Below are positions 16,844 to 25,094 of a DNA stretch of 44,517 nt, piece by piece. The notes beneath the pieces are model-generated. The model made no database searches. It had not been told where the DNA came from and was given only the letters and a program-made list of their open reading frames with translations. The position numbers and the translations under genes are program-made. The DNA comes from an uncultured Rikenellaceae bacterium (GTDB taxonomy: Bacteria > Bacteroidota > Bacteroidia > Bacteroidales > VadinHA17): assembly GCA_964529295.1 (NCBI GenBank), contig CAZGUR010000003.1, positions 1-44,517 of the forward strand, written 5' to 3'. Position 1 is the first letter of the stretch. Each line of letters starts with the position of its first letter.

Positions 16844-18589
16844 ATGAAGCCTGCAGAGCTCAGCCCGGACAAATATGAAATTGACACAAGGTGGTTAAAA
16901 GCTTCCGTGGCAGGAAGCATGTGGGCTGCATCTGAGATCGTAATAGGAAGTTTCCTGCACAACCTGAGGGTTCCCTTCAGCGGCAGCATACTTACCGCCC
17001 TTGGCATAATACTGCTTATCTCGATTAATTATAAATGGAACGAAAAAGGCCTGTTCTGGCGTGCCGGGCTTATCTGCGCCCTGATGAAAACACTGTCGCC
17101 CAGCGCCGTTATATTCGGTCCTATGATAGCCATCATAAGTGAAGCACTGCTGCTGGAATTCTCAGTAAGATTACTGGGGCGCACTTTTGCAGGATACATA
17201 ACGGGAGCAGTGCTGGCCATGTCGTGGAGCCTAATACAGAGAGTGCTTACCCTTGTAATATTCTACGGTACGGGTATTATTGAAGTATACACTGAACTGG
17301 CTGATATGGCGGAGAGGCAAACCGGAATACAGGCTGATATGGCATGGCTGCCGATACTGATATTATTATCAGGAGGTATTGTTCTGGGCGTTATAACAGC
17401 CATTGCAGGAATAAGGCTGGGAAGGAGAACTGCAGAAGAAGCTGAAATAAAGACTGCCACAGGCAATAATAAGATGAAAAAGGGTTTTAATGACCCCAGG
17501 CAAAGTACCGATTATTCAGTTACATGGCTTTTTGTTAACCTGCTTATGATGGCAGGAGCTATGATGTTACTCAGTTATTCTCACCTGATGGCCTGGAGCC
17601 TGCTGGTAGCGGCAGTCATAGTAATATGGGCTGTAAGATATAAACGGGCCATGCGGCAGTTACTCAAGCCCAGGTTCTGGATCTATTTTGTCCTTATAAC
17701 CCTTATAACTTCTTTTGTTTTTACCAGGGCACAAACAGGTGAAAATATAATCCGGCAGGGCCTGACGGAAGGTCTGAGAATGAATTTCAGGGCAGCAGTT
17801 ATTATCCTTGGGTTTTCAGTCATTGGCACCGAACTGTATAACCCCGTAATAAGAAACTTCTTCAACCGCTCAGGCTTCAGAAAATTACCTCTTGCCCTTG
17901 AGCTGGCAACAGAAAGCCTGCCGGTTTTTATAAGCAGCATCCCGGCACTGAAAACAATAATCAGAAGACCCGTCCCCGCCCTGTCAAATGTTGTAGTCCT
18001 GGCCATTAAAAGGCTTGAAGAACTGGAAAACAAAAACAGGAAGAAGGGAAGATTATTTATCATCACAGGAGCGGTAGCTGAAGGAAAAACAACTTATGCC
18101 CGTGAACTCAGCAAAATGCTAATTGAAAATAATATTAAGGTAGATGGCATACTCACAGAAAGGGTGATGAGCCATGATAAGACAAGCGGCTATGATATAG
18201 TCGATATCAGCAGCCGTGAAAAAACAGAATTCCTCCGTATAAGCCCGGATAAGGAGATGGAAAAAATAGGACGATACTCCATTATCCCTGCCGGTTTGCA
18301 GGCAGGGAAGAATATCCTGGGAAGAAAAAGTCGCGGCGGAATAAGGCTTATTGACGAGATTGGCAAACTGGAACTTGGGAACCAGGGATGGGCCGAAAGC
18401 CTGACCGATCTTCTTAACAGGCCTGACAGCAATATTATCATTACAGTTCGTGACAGTCTTTCTGAACAGGTAATAAGCAAATGGGGACTGGACTACGGGA
18501 TAAGCTTTAATATAGCCGGAACCGATGTTAAAAGCGCTTATAAGACCATTTCTTCCCTTATACTGCCGGAGACACATCTTCAGCAGTAA
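16844..18589 (+). CDS. Polytopic membrane protein fused to a C-terminal THEP1-like P-loop NTPase domain
   Basis: About 9-10 hydrophobic segments in the first ~400 aa. The C-terminal ~185 aa carries Walker A GAVAEGKTT (18068-18094) and a Walker B region RLIDEIGKLEL (18347-18373), close to the DEIGKMEL motif of the NTPase_1/THEP1 family. The track start at 16820 is TTG; the ATG is at 16844. Confidence 0.75.
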   Translation: MKPAELSPDKYEIDTRWLKASVAGSMWAASEIVIGSFLHNLRVPFSGSILTALGIILLISINYKWNEKGLFWRAGLICALMKTLSPSAVIFGPMIAIISEALLLEFSVRLLGRTFAGYITGAVLAMSWSLIQRVLTLVIFYGTGIIEVYTELADMAERQTGIQADMAWLPILILLSGGIVLGVITAIAGIRLGRRTAEEAEIKTATGNNKMKKGFNDPRQSTDYSVTWLFVNLLMMAGAMMLLSYSHLMAWSLLVAAVIVIWAVRYKRAMRQLLKPRFWIYFVLITLITSFVFTRAQTGENIIRQGLTEGLRMNFRAAVIILGFSVIGTELYNPVIRNFFNRSGFRKLPLALELATESLPVFISSIPALKTIIRRPVPALSNVVVLAIKRLEELENKNRKKGRLFIITGAVAEGKTTYARELSKMLIENNIKVDGILTERVMSHDKTSGYDIVDISSREKTEFLRISPDKEMEKIGRYSIIPAGLQAGKNILGRKSRGGIRLIDEIGKLELGNQGWAESLTDLLNRPDSNIIITVRDSLSEQVISKWGLDYGISFNIAGTDVKSAYKTISSLILPETHLQQ

Positions 18590-18591
18590 AA

Positions 18592-18736
18592 TCCGGAAAA
18601 CGCCCTTTCAATAATATCTTCCTGGAAAAAGCCCTTTTAGCAATATAATCCGGGAAAAAGCTTTTTCAATAATATCATCCGGGAAAAAGCTCTTATAGCA
18701 ATATAGTCCTGAAAAATGCCTTTTCAACAAGATAAT
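18592..18736. repeat. Five degenerate head-to-tail ~29-bp repeats (non-coding)
   Basis: Unit starts are 18592, 18620, 18649, 18678 and 18707. Approximate consensus TCCGGGAAAAAGCYYTTTYARCAATATMA. Unit 3 contains the perfect palindrome GAAAAAGCTTTTTC. No intervening unique spacers. Confidence 0.85.
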
Positions 18737-18781
18737 ATTACGGCTCAGCACCTTTTTTTTCTTCCGACATTATTCCAGCTA

Positions 18782-18789
18782 TATTTTTG
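18782..18789 (+). promoter_or_regulatory. Candidate -7 box (TAnnTTTG)
   Basis: TATTTTTG lies 27 nt upstream of the ATG at 18816 and 46 nt downstream of the tandem array. Confidence 0.3.
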
Positions 18790-18815
18790 AATCATAATAA
18801 TCAAAACCATTTATT

Positions 18816-19664
18816 ATGAGACTGACTAAAAAAACCAAGACACTAATTATTTTTATACTGTTTGCATTATGCTGTGGACCGGCATGCACACAGGAAAAGC
18901 CGCTTGATTACTACCTGGCCATAGACCCATCAACCATTTTAAGTAAAAACAGGGAAGAACAGCTTTATAATGTAAGCCTGAAGTGGCAGAACCTGGATGC
19001 ACTGAAGGGTAACAGTTTTAACTGCAATGTTGTCTATGCAATTCATAGTGTTGACGGCAGCCGTAACCAGGCATCATGGGATAATGTAAGGATGGCTCAG
19101 ATAAGCGATTTTAATGATGTGCCGGAGCATACGGTCAACCTTTCCGCACTGGATGGTTTTACTTACGGGATTAATAGCATGGACTTTCTGCAGGAGTCAT
19201 TCTATGATGAGCTGCCTGCCGATCTCAGGGACCTGGCACGCTGGCTGGTGTCTGATGCAATACAGATGCAGGGTATGGTGTGGTATCTTATTGACAGTCT
19301 TGAATTCAATAAGGAGTTGAGTCCGGACATGCTTAAAGATTATGATATTGAATTCGAGAACTGGGTAAAATTCACCAGCAGATACCAGAAACTCAATTGG
19401 TCGTCTATCACCAAACATAATGAAGAAGTGTGTGCTGTGATAAACTTCCAGTCAAGCTATAACCCGGTACAGGCAAAAACAGATGATATGTCATTTAAGG
19501 GCAGGTCACTGTATTACGGCGAAATATGGGTCTCTCTCAGAGATAAACAGGTTGAATATGCATGTATGTTTGAGGATGTGGTAATGGACCTTGAAGGAAG
19601 TATGTTTCCCGAAAAACAATTGATTGACCTGCAGAGGGAAATAGTTTTTGACAGGATAAAGTAA
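18816..19664 (+). CDS. Hypothetical secreted protein or lipoprotein
   Basis: MRLTKKTKTLIIFILFALCCGPAC (signal peptide with Cys). No recognisable family motif. First gene of a co-directional string with the LytS/LytTR pair. Confidence 0.65.
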   Translation: MRLTKKTKTLIIFILFALCCGPACTQEKPLDYYLAIDPSTILSKNREEQLYNVSLKWQNLDALKGNSFNCNVVYAIHSVDGSRNQASWDNVRMAQISDFNDVPEHTVNLSALDGFTYGINSMDFLQESFYDELPADLRDLARWLVSDAIQMQGMVWYLIDSLEFNKELSPDMLKDYDIEFENWVKFTSRYQKLNWSSITKHNEEVCAVINFQSSYNPVQAKTDDMSFKGRSLYYGEIWVSLRDKQVEYACMFEDVVMDLEGSMFPEKQLIDLQREIVFDRIK

Positions 19665-19682
19665 ACATTAAATTTGTATAAG

Positions 19683-20738
19683 ATGAAAAAAGCAAAAAAG
19701 CATCAGAATTTAATTATTATACTGGCAGTTGCCGCTTTCAGTGTAATATTCTCCATTTTCTTCAAATGGATACAAACGGGTAATCCCTTCAGCCAGGAAA
19801 CACTTCTGTATGGCATACTGATATTCTTTAATGTGCTGATCCCGCTTGTACTGGCAAAATATATTTTCAAATACTTTTCAGGGAAACGCCTGCATGACCT
19901 TAAAAAAAAGATCATCCCTGCAGTCCTGGCCTTCATCCCGGGAGTATTGCTAATACAACTGGTGATTATAGGAGCCGGCGTGTACCTGTATTTCGTATTT
20001 AACGGGCTGGACCGCTCGGATTTCTTCGGCCACCTGTTCAGTGTGGAAATACCAGGTGCTGTCAGGCAGTACGCCGTCTGGATCCTTATTGGATCGGTAG
20101 CCCTGTTCTATTATATCTGGCGCCGGGCAGAAGCAACAGAACAGGAACTGCGTGAAATAAACCTGAAATACAGGTACAGCATGCTTAAATCACAGCTTAA
20201 CCCGCATTTTCTTTTTAACAGCCTGAACACCATATCACAGCTGGTTTATAAAGATCAGGGTGAGGCAGACAGCTATATTCAGAAGCTGGCCGGCATCTAT
20301 CGGTATGTTATGGAAAATGAAGAAAAAGAACTGGTGCCCCTGGACAAAGAAATTGACTTTGTCAGGTCATTCTTTATGTTATACCGTGAAAGGGAAGAGG
20401 GTAAGATTTATCTTGATATCAATATTAATGATGCTGAAGATTATATGATCATCCCGGTATCCCTGCAGTCACTGCTGGAAAACGCCATAAAACACAATGC
20501 CGCCTCGCGCGACAAACCTCTGAAAATAGATATAAGAAAAGAAAACGGATGGCTTGTGATGACAAATAATATACAGAAAAAGAATATCATGGGAAATTCA
20601 CTGGGCCTTGGACTTGAAAACCTTGCAGAACAGTTTAAAATGATAACAGGCAGGGATATGGTGATTACAGATAATGACAATTATTATACAGTCAGAATAC
20701 CCTTAATCAAAGGAAAAGATGCAAGTACTGATAATTGA
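19683..20738 (+). CDS. LytS/YehU-type sensor histidine kinase (membrane-embedded sensor)
   Basis: About 4-5 N-terminal TMs, then SQLNPHFLFNSLNTI (PF06580 signature) and an HATPase region (LLENAIKHN, GLGLENL). The ATG at 19683 is preferred over the TTG at 19674. Confidence 0.85.
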   Translation: MKKAKKHQNLIIILAVAAFSVIFSIFFKWIQTGNPFSQETLLYGILIFFNVLIPLVLAKYIFKYFSGKRLHDLKKKIIPAVLAFIPGVLLIQLVIIGAGVYLYFVFNGLDRSDFFGHLFSVEIPGAVRQYAVWILIGSVALFYYIWRRAEATEQELREINLKYRYSMLKSQLNPHFLFNSLNTISQLVYKDQGEADSYIQKLAGIYRYVMENEEKELVPLDKEIDFVRSFFMLYREREEGKIYLDININDAEDYMIIPVSLQSLLENAIKHNAASRDKPLKIDIRKENGWLVMTNNIQKKNIMGNSLGLGLENLAEQFKMITGRDMVITDNDNYYTVRIPLIKGKDASTDN

Positions 20739-21471
20739 AGATGAACGGCCGGCATCACAGAAACTACAGAGGATGCTGAACGGGATAGATGAAACAATGG
20801 AAATTGTCGGTCCGCTCGAATCCGTTGAAGAGTCCATAAACTGGTTTATGTCAAACCATTCCCCCGATCTGGTTTTTATGGATATCCAGCTTGATGACGG
20901 ACTCTGCTTCGAGATATTTGAAAATATAAGCATTAAAACACCGGTCATCTTTACAACTGCCTATGATAATTATGCCCTTAAAGCTTTCAAGGTTAACAGT
21001 GTGGATTACCTGCTTAAGCCTATAGACAGGCAGGAACTGGAAAAAGCTATCGGTAAATTCAAAATGATACATGCCGGGAATACTGATTTTAGCAGGATTG
21101 AAAAAATCCTTAAAAAGATTAGCCCGGAAAGAAAGGAGCGCCTCCTCATTAAAACAGGCATGCATTACCGTTCAATACAGATAACAGATATCAACTGCTT
21201 CTTTACACGTGAAAAAAGCGTATTTGTCAATACGGGTGGCTCAAATGATTATGCCGTGGATTTTTCCCTTGATAAGGCTGAAAAGATGACAGACCCGGAG
21301 CGATTCTTCAGGGTTAACAGGAATTATATTGTCAATTATAATGCTATCAAGGATATTATAGCTTACTCTTCCAGCCGGCTGAAAATAATAATTGACGGAT
21401 GCCCCGGAGATAATGATGTTATAGTGAGCAGGGAACGTGTGGCTGATTTTAAAAAATGGATGGACAGGTAA
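20719..21471 (+). CDS. LytR/AlgR-family response regulator (receiver + LytTR DNA-binding domain)
   Basis: VLIIEDE, FMDIQLDDG, IFTTAYDNYALKAF, DYLLKP. The C-terminus has a LytTR-like pattern (FFRVNRNYIVNYNAIKDI). Overlaps the kinase by 20 nt. Confidence 0.9.
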   Translation: MQVLIIEDERPASQKLQRMLNGIDETMEIVGPLESVEESINWFMSNHSPDLVFMDIQLDDGLCFEIFENISIKTPVIFTTAYDNYALKAFKVNSVDYLLKPIDRQELEKAIGKFKMIHAGNTDFSRIEKILKKISPERKERLLIKTGMHYRSIQITDINCFFTREKSVFVNTGGSNDYAVDFSLDKAEKMTDPERFFRVNRNYIVNYNAIKDIIAYSSSRLKIIIDGCPGDNDVIVSRERVADFKKWMDR

Positions 21472-21523
21472 ACATCCCTGTAACTTTTTATAACTTTATG
21501 CGTCACACCAGAGAAAAAGAAGT

Positions 21524-22003
21524 ATGACACCAAAGGAGTATAACAGGGCAGTTGAAGAATACTCTGACCGCATCTACAGGTATGTGCTTAAAAGCATGGG
21601 CGACCAGGAAAGATCAAAAGATGTGGTACAGGATTGTTATGAAAAACTGTGGGTCAATATTAATAATATAGACGCAGGCAAAGCCAAAGCATGGCTTTTT
21701 ACTACTGCCCATAATGCCATGATAGACATACTGAGGAAAGAAAAGAAAATAATAAGGAGTGAAATACCTGCTGAAGATATTCATGAGCAGTCATATTCTG
21801 ATCTCAATGAGATCCTCCATAATTGCCTTGGTAAGATCAGCGAGACATGGCGGACAGTAATACTCCTGAGGGATTATGAAGGTTACAGCTACAGGGAAAT
21901 TGCCGAAATAACAGGGCAGACTGAAGCACAGGTGAAAATAAATATATACAGGGGAAGGATGGCCCTTCGCAGGATGATAGGAAAAATGGAAATGGTGGTT
22001 TGA
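21524..22003 (+). CDS. ECF-type RNA polymerase sigma-70 family factor
   Basis: Region 2 (IYRYVLKSMGDQERSKDVVQDCYEKLW) and region 4 HTH (LLRDYEGYSYREIAEITGQTEAQVKINIYRGRMALRR), 159 aa. Confidence 0.9.
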   Translation: MTPKEYNRAVEEYSDRIYRYVLKSMGDQERSKDVVQDCYEKLWVNINNIDAGKAKAWLFTTAHNAMIDILRKEKKIIRSEIPAEDIHEQSYSDLNEILHNCLGKISETWRTVILLRDYEGYSYREIAEITGQTEAQVKINIYRGRMALRRMIGKMEMVV

Positions 22004-22004
22004 G

Positions 22005-23168
22005 ATGATAATAAACAGGCAGAATTATCAGATATGGGTGACTGACTATTACGATGGCAGTCTCGATGATTTCCAGAAGGAGGTCCTGATGGACTTTCTG
22101 GACAGGAATCCCGACCTGAAATCCGAGTTTGCAGATTACCCCGGCCTTTCCGTCAGTCACGGCAATGAAGAGCCTTTTGCTTATTCAGGCTTGCTGCGTT
22201 CACCGGATCAGCTGTCCAATGAACAGATTGAACACTTTGCAATAGCCCTCAATGAAGATGACCTGCATACAGAGCAGCGAAAAGAGATAATGGAACTGAG
22301 AAAGACAGATCCCCGCTTCCGGGAATATATAAATACCTATGAAAAGATAAAGCTGAAACCTGGTGATACAAGATATCCTGATAAAAAGAAGCTGCTTAAA
22401 ATTCCGGAAAACAGAAAAAGAATAAAGCTTATCATGGTGTCCGTCTCAACAGCCGCCTCAATAGCCATTATAGCAGGCCTGTTTATGCTGTTCAGTCATG
22501 AGAGCGGCAGTGAGCTTAACAGGCAGTTAACGGCCGGCAGCGGGCAGGAAAACAGGCTCCTGCAGGAAAGCGTTAGGGATATACCACAGCAGTTGCCTGC
22601 AAAAACAAATATCAATTTGGCTGAACAGGTCAGGACCGGAGAAATTATTGATTCACGGATCACTGCCGAACAGGTCAGTACCGGAGAGATCGTATATGCA
22701 CAGGCTACACCCGGGCAGGCAAAAGAGATTATCAGTACCACTGCTGAACAGGCAAAAGAGATGCTCAGTACCACTGCCACTGCTGAACAGGCAAAAGAGA
22801 TAATCAGCATCACCCCCGTAGCGGCTAAAGAAAATATACAGCTTGATATAGCTCAAACACATTTTCTGCTGGCCGAAACCAGTCCCTACCCTGACTCCCC
22901 TGAAACCATCCCCGGCGACATGTCTGTTCGCGAATACCTGGCATACCAGTTCAGGAAACAGATACTGGCCGATGAAACACCGGATACAGAGAATCTGAAA
23001 GCATGGGAGATAGCCGATGCGAGCGTCAGGGGCTTTAATAAGATACTTGGCTGGGATATGGAACTGAAGGCTGAACAGGATACTGAAGGCAATATTCACG
23101 ATATCAGTTTTACAAGCCAGCTGATCAAGTTTGATCATAAAACTAAGAAAACTGACAGTGAGCTGTAA
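22005..23168 (+). CDS. Putative anti-sigma factor (single-pass membrane protein with internal tandem peptide repeats)
   Basis: Starts 1 nt after the sigma stop. One TM (IKLIMVSVSTAASIAIIAGLFMLF) lies ~135 aa from the N-terminus. Assigned by position and topology only; no zf-HC2 motif seen. Confidence 0.55.
   Translation: MIINRQNYQIWVTDYYDGSLDDFQKEVLMDFLDRNPDLKSEFADYPGLSVSHGNEEPFAYSGLLRSPDQLSNEQIEHFAIALNEDDLHTEQRKEIMELRKTDPRFREYINTYEKIKLKPGDTRYPDKKKLLKIPENRKRIKLIMVSVSTAASIAIIAGLFMLFSHESGSELNRQLTAGSGQENRLLQESVRDIPQQLPAKTNINLAEQVRTGEIIDSRITAEQVSTGEIVYAQATPGQAKEIISTTAEQAKEMLSTTATAEQAKEIISITPVAAKENIQLDIAQTHFLLAETSPYPDSPETIPGDMSVREYLAYQFRKQILADETPDTENLKAWEIADASVRGFNKILGWDMELKAEQDTEGNIHDISFTSQLIKFDHKTKKTDSEL
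22620..22812 (+). repeat. In-frame tandem repeats inside the anti-sigma-like gene
   Basis: AEQV(R/S)TGEI(I/V) occurs x2, followed by (G/E)QAKE(I/M)(I/L)S(T/I)T x3. At DNA level gaacaggcaaaagagat..tcag.acc recurs with a 33-39-bp period. Confidence 0.7.
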
Positions 23169-23228
23169 CTTTTCACCACCCCCTGCCGTCTGAGCAGAAA
23201 ATTTACAGAACTTCAAAAATATTTTATC

Positions 23229-24179
23229 ATGAAAAGAATAGCACTATTAACAGTTTTGATATTTACCTTCCTTAACACCCTCCTGGCATCCGGACAGGAT
23301 ACAATGGACATCAAGTTAATGAAGAAAGATATTATTAATATCAGTGAAAACGGAAACAGGACACACATAAGCATTGCCGGCGACAGGCTGGAACTGGAAG
23401 CTGCCGGGGAAAATGTAAAGATAAGACTGGGTAAAAGGGGTATCGAAATATCCGACGGCAATAAGATAGACTGGAAGAAATATGATGATATATATTATCA
23501 GAGTGAGGAAGATGACCCTGCAGACAAAAGAAGAAGAAACAGGAGACGTTTTACGCCTCACTGGTCAGCCATGGAAATAGGAATAAATAATTACCTTAGC
23601 TCTGACTATTCCATGAGCCTGCCACCTGAGCTGAGCTATATGGACCTTAATACAGACAAATCGTTCAATATAAATATCAATTTTGCACAGCTGGGCATAG
23701 GCCTGTCAAGGCATTTTGGTATTGTAACCGGACTGGGGCTCGAATTCAACGATTATAAATTTGATGGTAATAATAATATCCGCAAGGATGAAGAAGGGGT
23801 TATAGGCCCCATGTACCCCGCTGATGGCATAAAATATGAAAAGACCAAGCTCTCCACCACATACCTTACCATGCCACTTATGCTGGAAGCACAGATACCT
23901 GTCAGGTACCGCAGAACAATAAATATTGCCGCAGGCGCCATTGGCGGTGTTAAGCTGGGATCACATAATAAGCTGGTCTATTATGACGGTGGCAAACAAA
24001 AAGTCAAGGAGAATGACGACTTCAGCCTCTCCGTACTGAGGTACGGACCAAGTGTCAGACTGGGATACGATTCATTCCAGATATATGCCACCTACTATAT
24101 GAACGGCCTGTTTATTGAAAACAAAGGACCTGAACTGTACCCCTTTCAGCTTGGTATAGCCATCTCTTTTAACGACTGA
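23229..24179 (+). CDS. Outer-membrane beta-barrel protein (porin-family/OMP_b-brl_2-like)
   Basis: Signal peptide MKRIALLTVLIFTFLNTLLASGQ. The C-terminal ~200 aa has alternating beta-strand patterning typical of small Bacteroidota barrels found next to ECF/anti-sigma pairs. Confidence 0.65.
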   Translation: MKRIALLTVLIFTFLNTLLASGQDTMDIKLMKKDIINISENGNRTHISIAGDRLELEAAGENVKIRLGKRGIEISDGNKIDWKKYDDIYYQSEEDDPADKRRRNRRRFTPHWSAMEIGINNYLSSDYSMSLPPELSYMDLNTDKSFNININFAQLGIGLSRHFGIVTGLGLEFNDYKFDGNNNIRKDEEGVIGPMYPADGIKYEKTKLSTTYLTMPLMLEAQIPVRYRRTINIAAGAIGGVKLGSHNKLVYYDGGKQKVKENDDFSLSVLRYGPSVRLGYDSFQIYATYYMNGLFIENKGPELYPFQLGIAISFND

Positions 24180-24220
24180 TTTATCCGCAGACAGCAATAT
24201 TAAATATAATAAAACAGCTT

Positions 24221-24267
24221 CACCCCCTTCATAAGCACTTAATGAAGGGGGTGCCTTATTATTTTTT
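24221..24267 (+). terminator. Rho-independent terminator
   Basis: cacccccttcat (24221-24232) pairs with atgaagggggtg (24242-24253) in a perfect 12-bp stem, followed by ccttattatttttt. Confidence 0.8.
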
Positions 24268-24288
24268 GGCGCTTTAACAGTCTCAATT

Positions 24289-24296
24289 TATCTTTG
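24289..24296 (+). promoter_or_regulatory. Candidate -7 box (TAnnTTTG)
   Basis: TATCTTTG lies 25 nt upstream of the ATG at 24321, just after the terminator. Confidence 0.35.
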
Positions 24297-24320
24297 CCTG
24301 TATTACCAACAACTTAGAAC

Positions 24321-25088
24321 ATGGATAAATACAGCCAGCTGTCAGACAATGAGCTAAGGCGTTATAACAGGCATATCATCATCCCCGGTATAGGACAGGA
24401 AGGACAGCTCAGGATAAAAAAATCCTCCGTTCTTGTTATAGGCGCGGGCGGACTGGGATGTCCCGTGCTGCAATACCTTACCGCAGCAGGCGTAGGCAGG
24501 ATAGGCCTGATGGATTACGATATGGTAAATGAAACCAACCTACCAAGACAGATACTTTACGGCGCTGCCGATATAGGCAAACTGAAATCCATAATCTCAA
24601 GACAAAGACTGAATATCATCAATGATAAGGTGGATATCGATATCCTGAACATAAAATTCAATAAGGATAACGCCCTTAGTACGGTGAGCGATTATGATAT
24701 CATAGTTGATGCCACGGATAATTATGAAAGCAGGTATATCATAAATGATGCATGCGTTCTGTCGGATAAACCAATGGTGCACGGGAGCATATACCAGTTC
24801 GAAGGCCAGATCTCCGTCTTCAACTACCGGGGAGGCCCAACATACCGTTGCTATAACCCCCAGGACAACAATGAATATAACAATCCAGCCCCTTCGGAAA
24901 CAGGAATGATAAATATTTTACCCGGTATAGCCGGCACCTATATGGCAAATGAGGTTATGAAAATAATCCTGCAGCTTGGCAATATACTAGCAGGCGAAGT
25001 GTTGATTTTCAATACATTAACAAATAAACACTATATATTTAAAGTAAAAGCTGAATCAAAATACAGGAATATTAAAGATATTAACTAA
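24321..25088 (+). CDS. ThiF/MoeB/HesA-family E1-like adenylyltransferase
   Basis: RYNRHIIIPGIGQEGQLRIKKSSVLVIGAGGLGCPVLQYLTAAGVGRIGLMDYDMVNETNLPRQ is the classic MoeB/ThiF N-terminus. No rhodanese extension. Confidence 0.85.
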   Translation: MDKYSQLSDNELRRYNRHIIIPGIGQEGQLRIKKSSVLVIGAGGLGCPVLQYLTAAGVGRIGLMDYDMVNETNLPRQILYGAADIGKLKSIISRQRLNIINDKVDIDILNIKFNKDNALSTVSDYDIIVDATDNYESRYIINDACVLSDKPMVHGSIYQFEGQISVFNYRGGPTYRCYNPQDNNEYNNPAPSETGMINILPGIAGTYMANEVMKIILQLGNILAGEVLIFNTLTNKHYIFKVKAESKYRNIKDIN

Positions 25089-25094
25089 CAAAAA

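Noticed and set aside
18119-18577. 152-aa and 96-aa minus-strand ORFs inside the NTPase domain region
   Set aside because: They are antisense to a frame with clear Walker A/B motifs and have no motifs of their own.
18592-18736. CRISPR array or plasmid-type iteron origin
   Set aside because: The repeats are directly abutting with no unique spacers and are degenerate. No cas genes and no rep or partition genes lie nearby.
22653-23216. 187-aa minus-strand ORF
   Set aside because: It is antisense to the anti-sigma-like gene and is kept open by the tandem repeats, giving a repetitive Phe/Cys/Leu-rich translation.
24321-25088. ThiF-like E1 as part of a ubiquitin-like or CBASS-type defence module
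   Set aside because: No E2, Ubl, JAB/DUB, cyclase or effector genes are adjacent. Its flanks are housekeeping pepE and a terminator, so it reads as a metabolic MoeB/ThiF-type enzyme.
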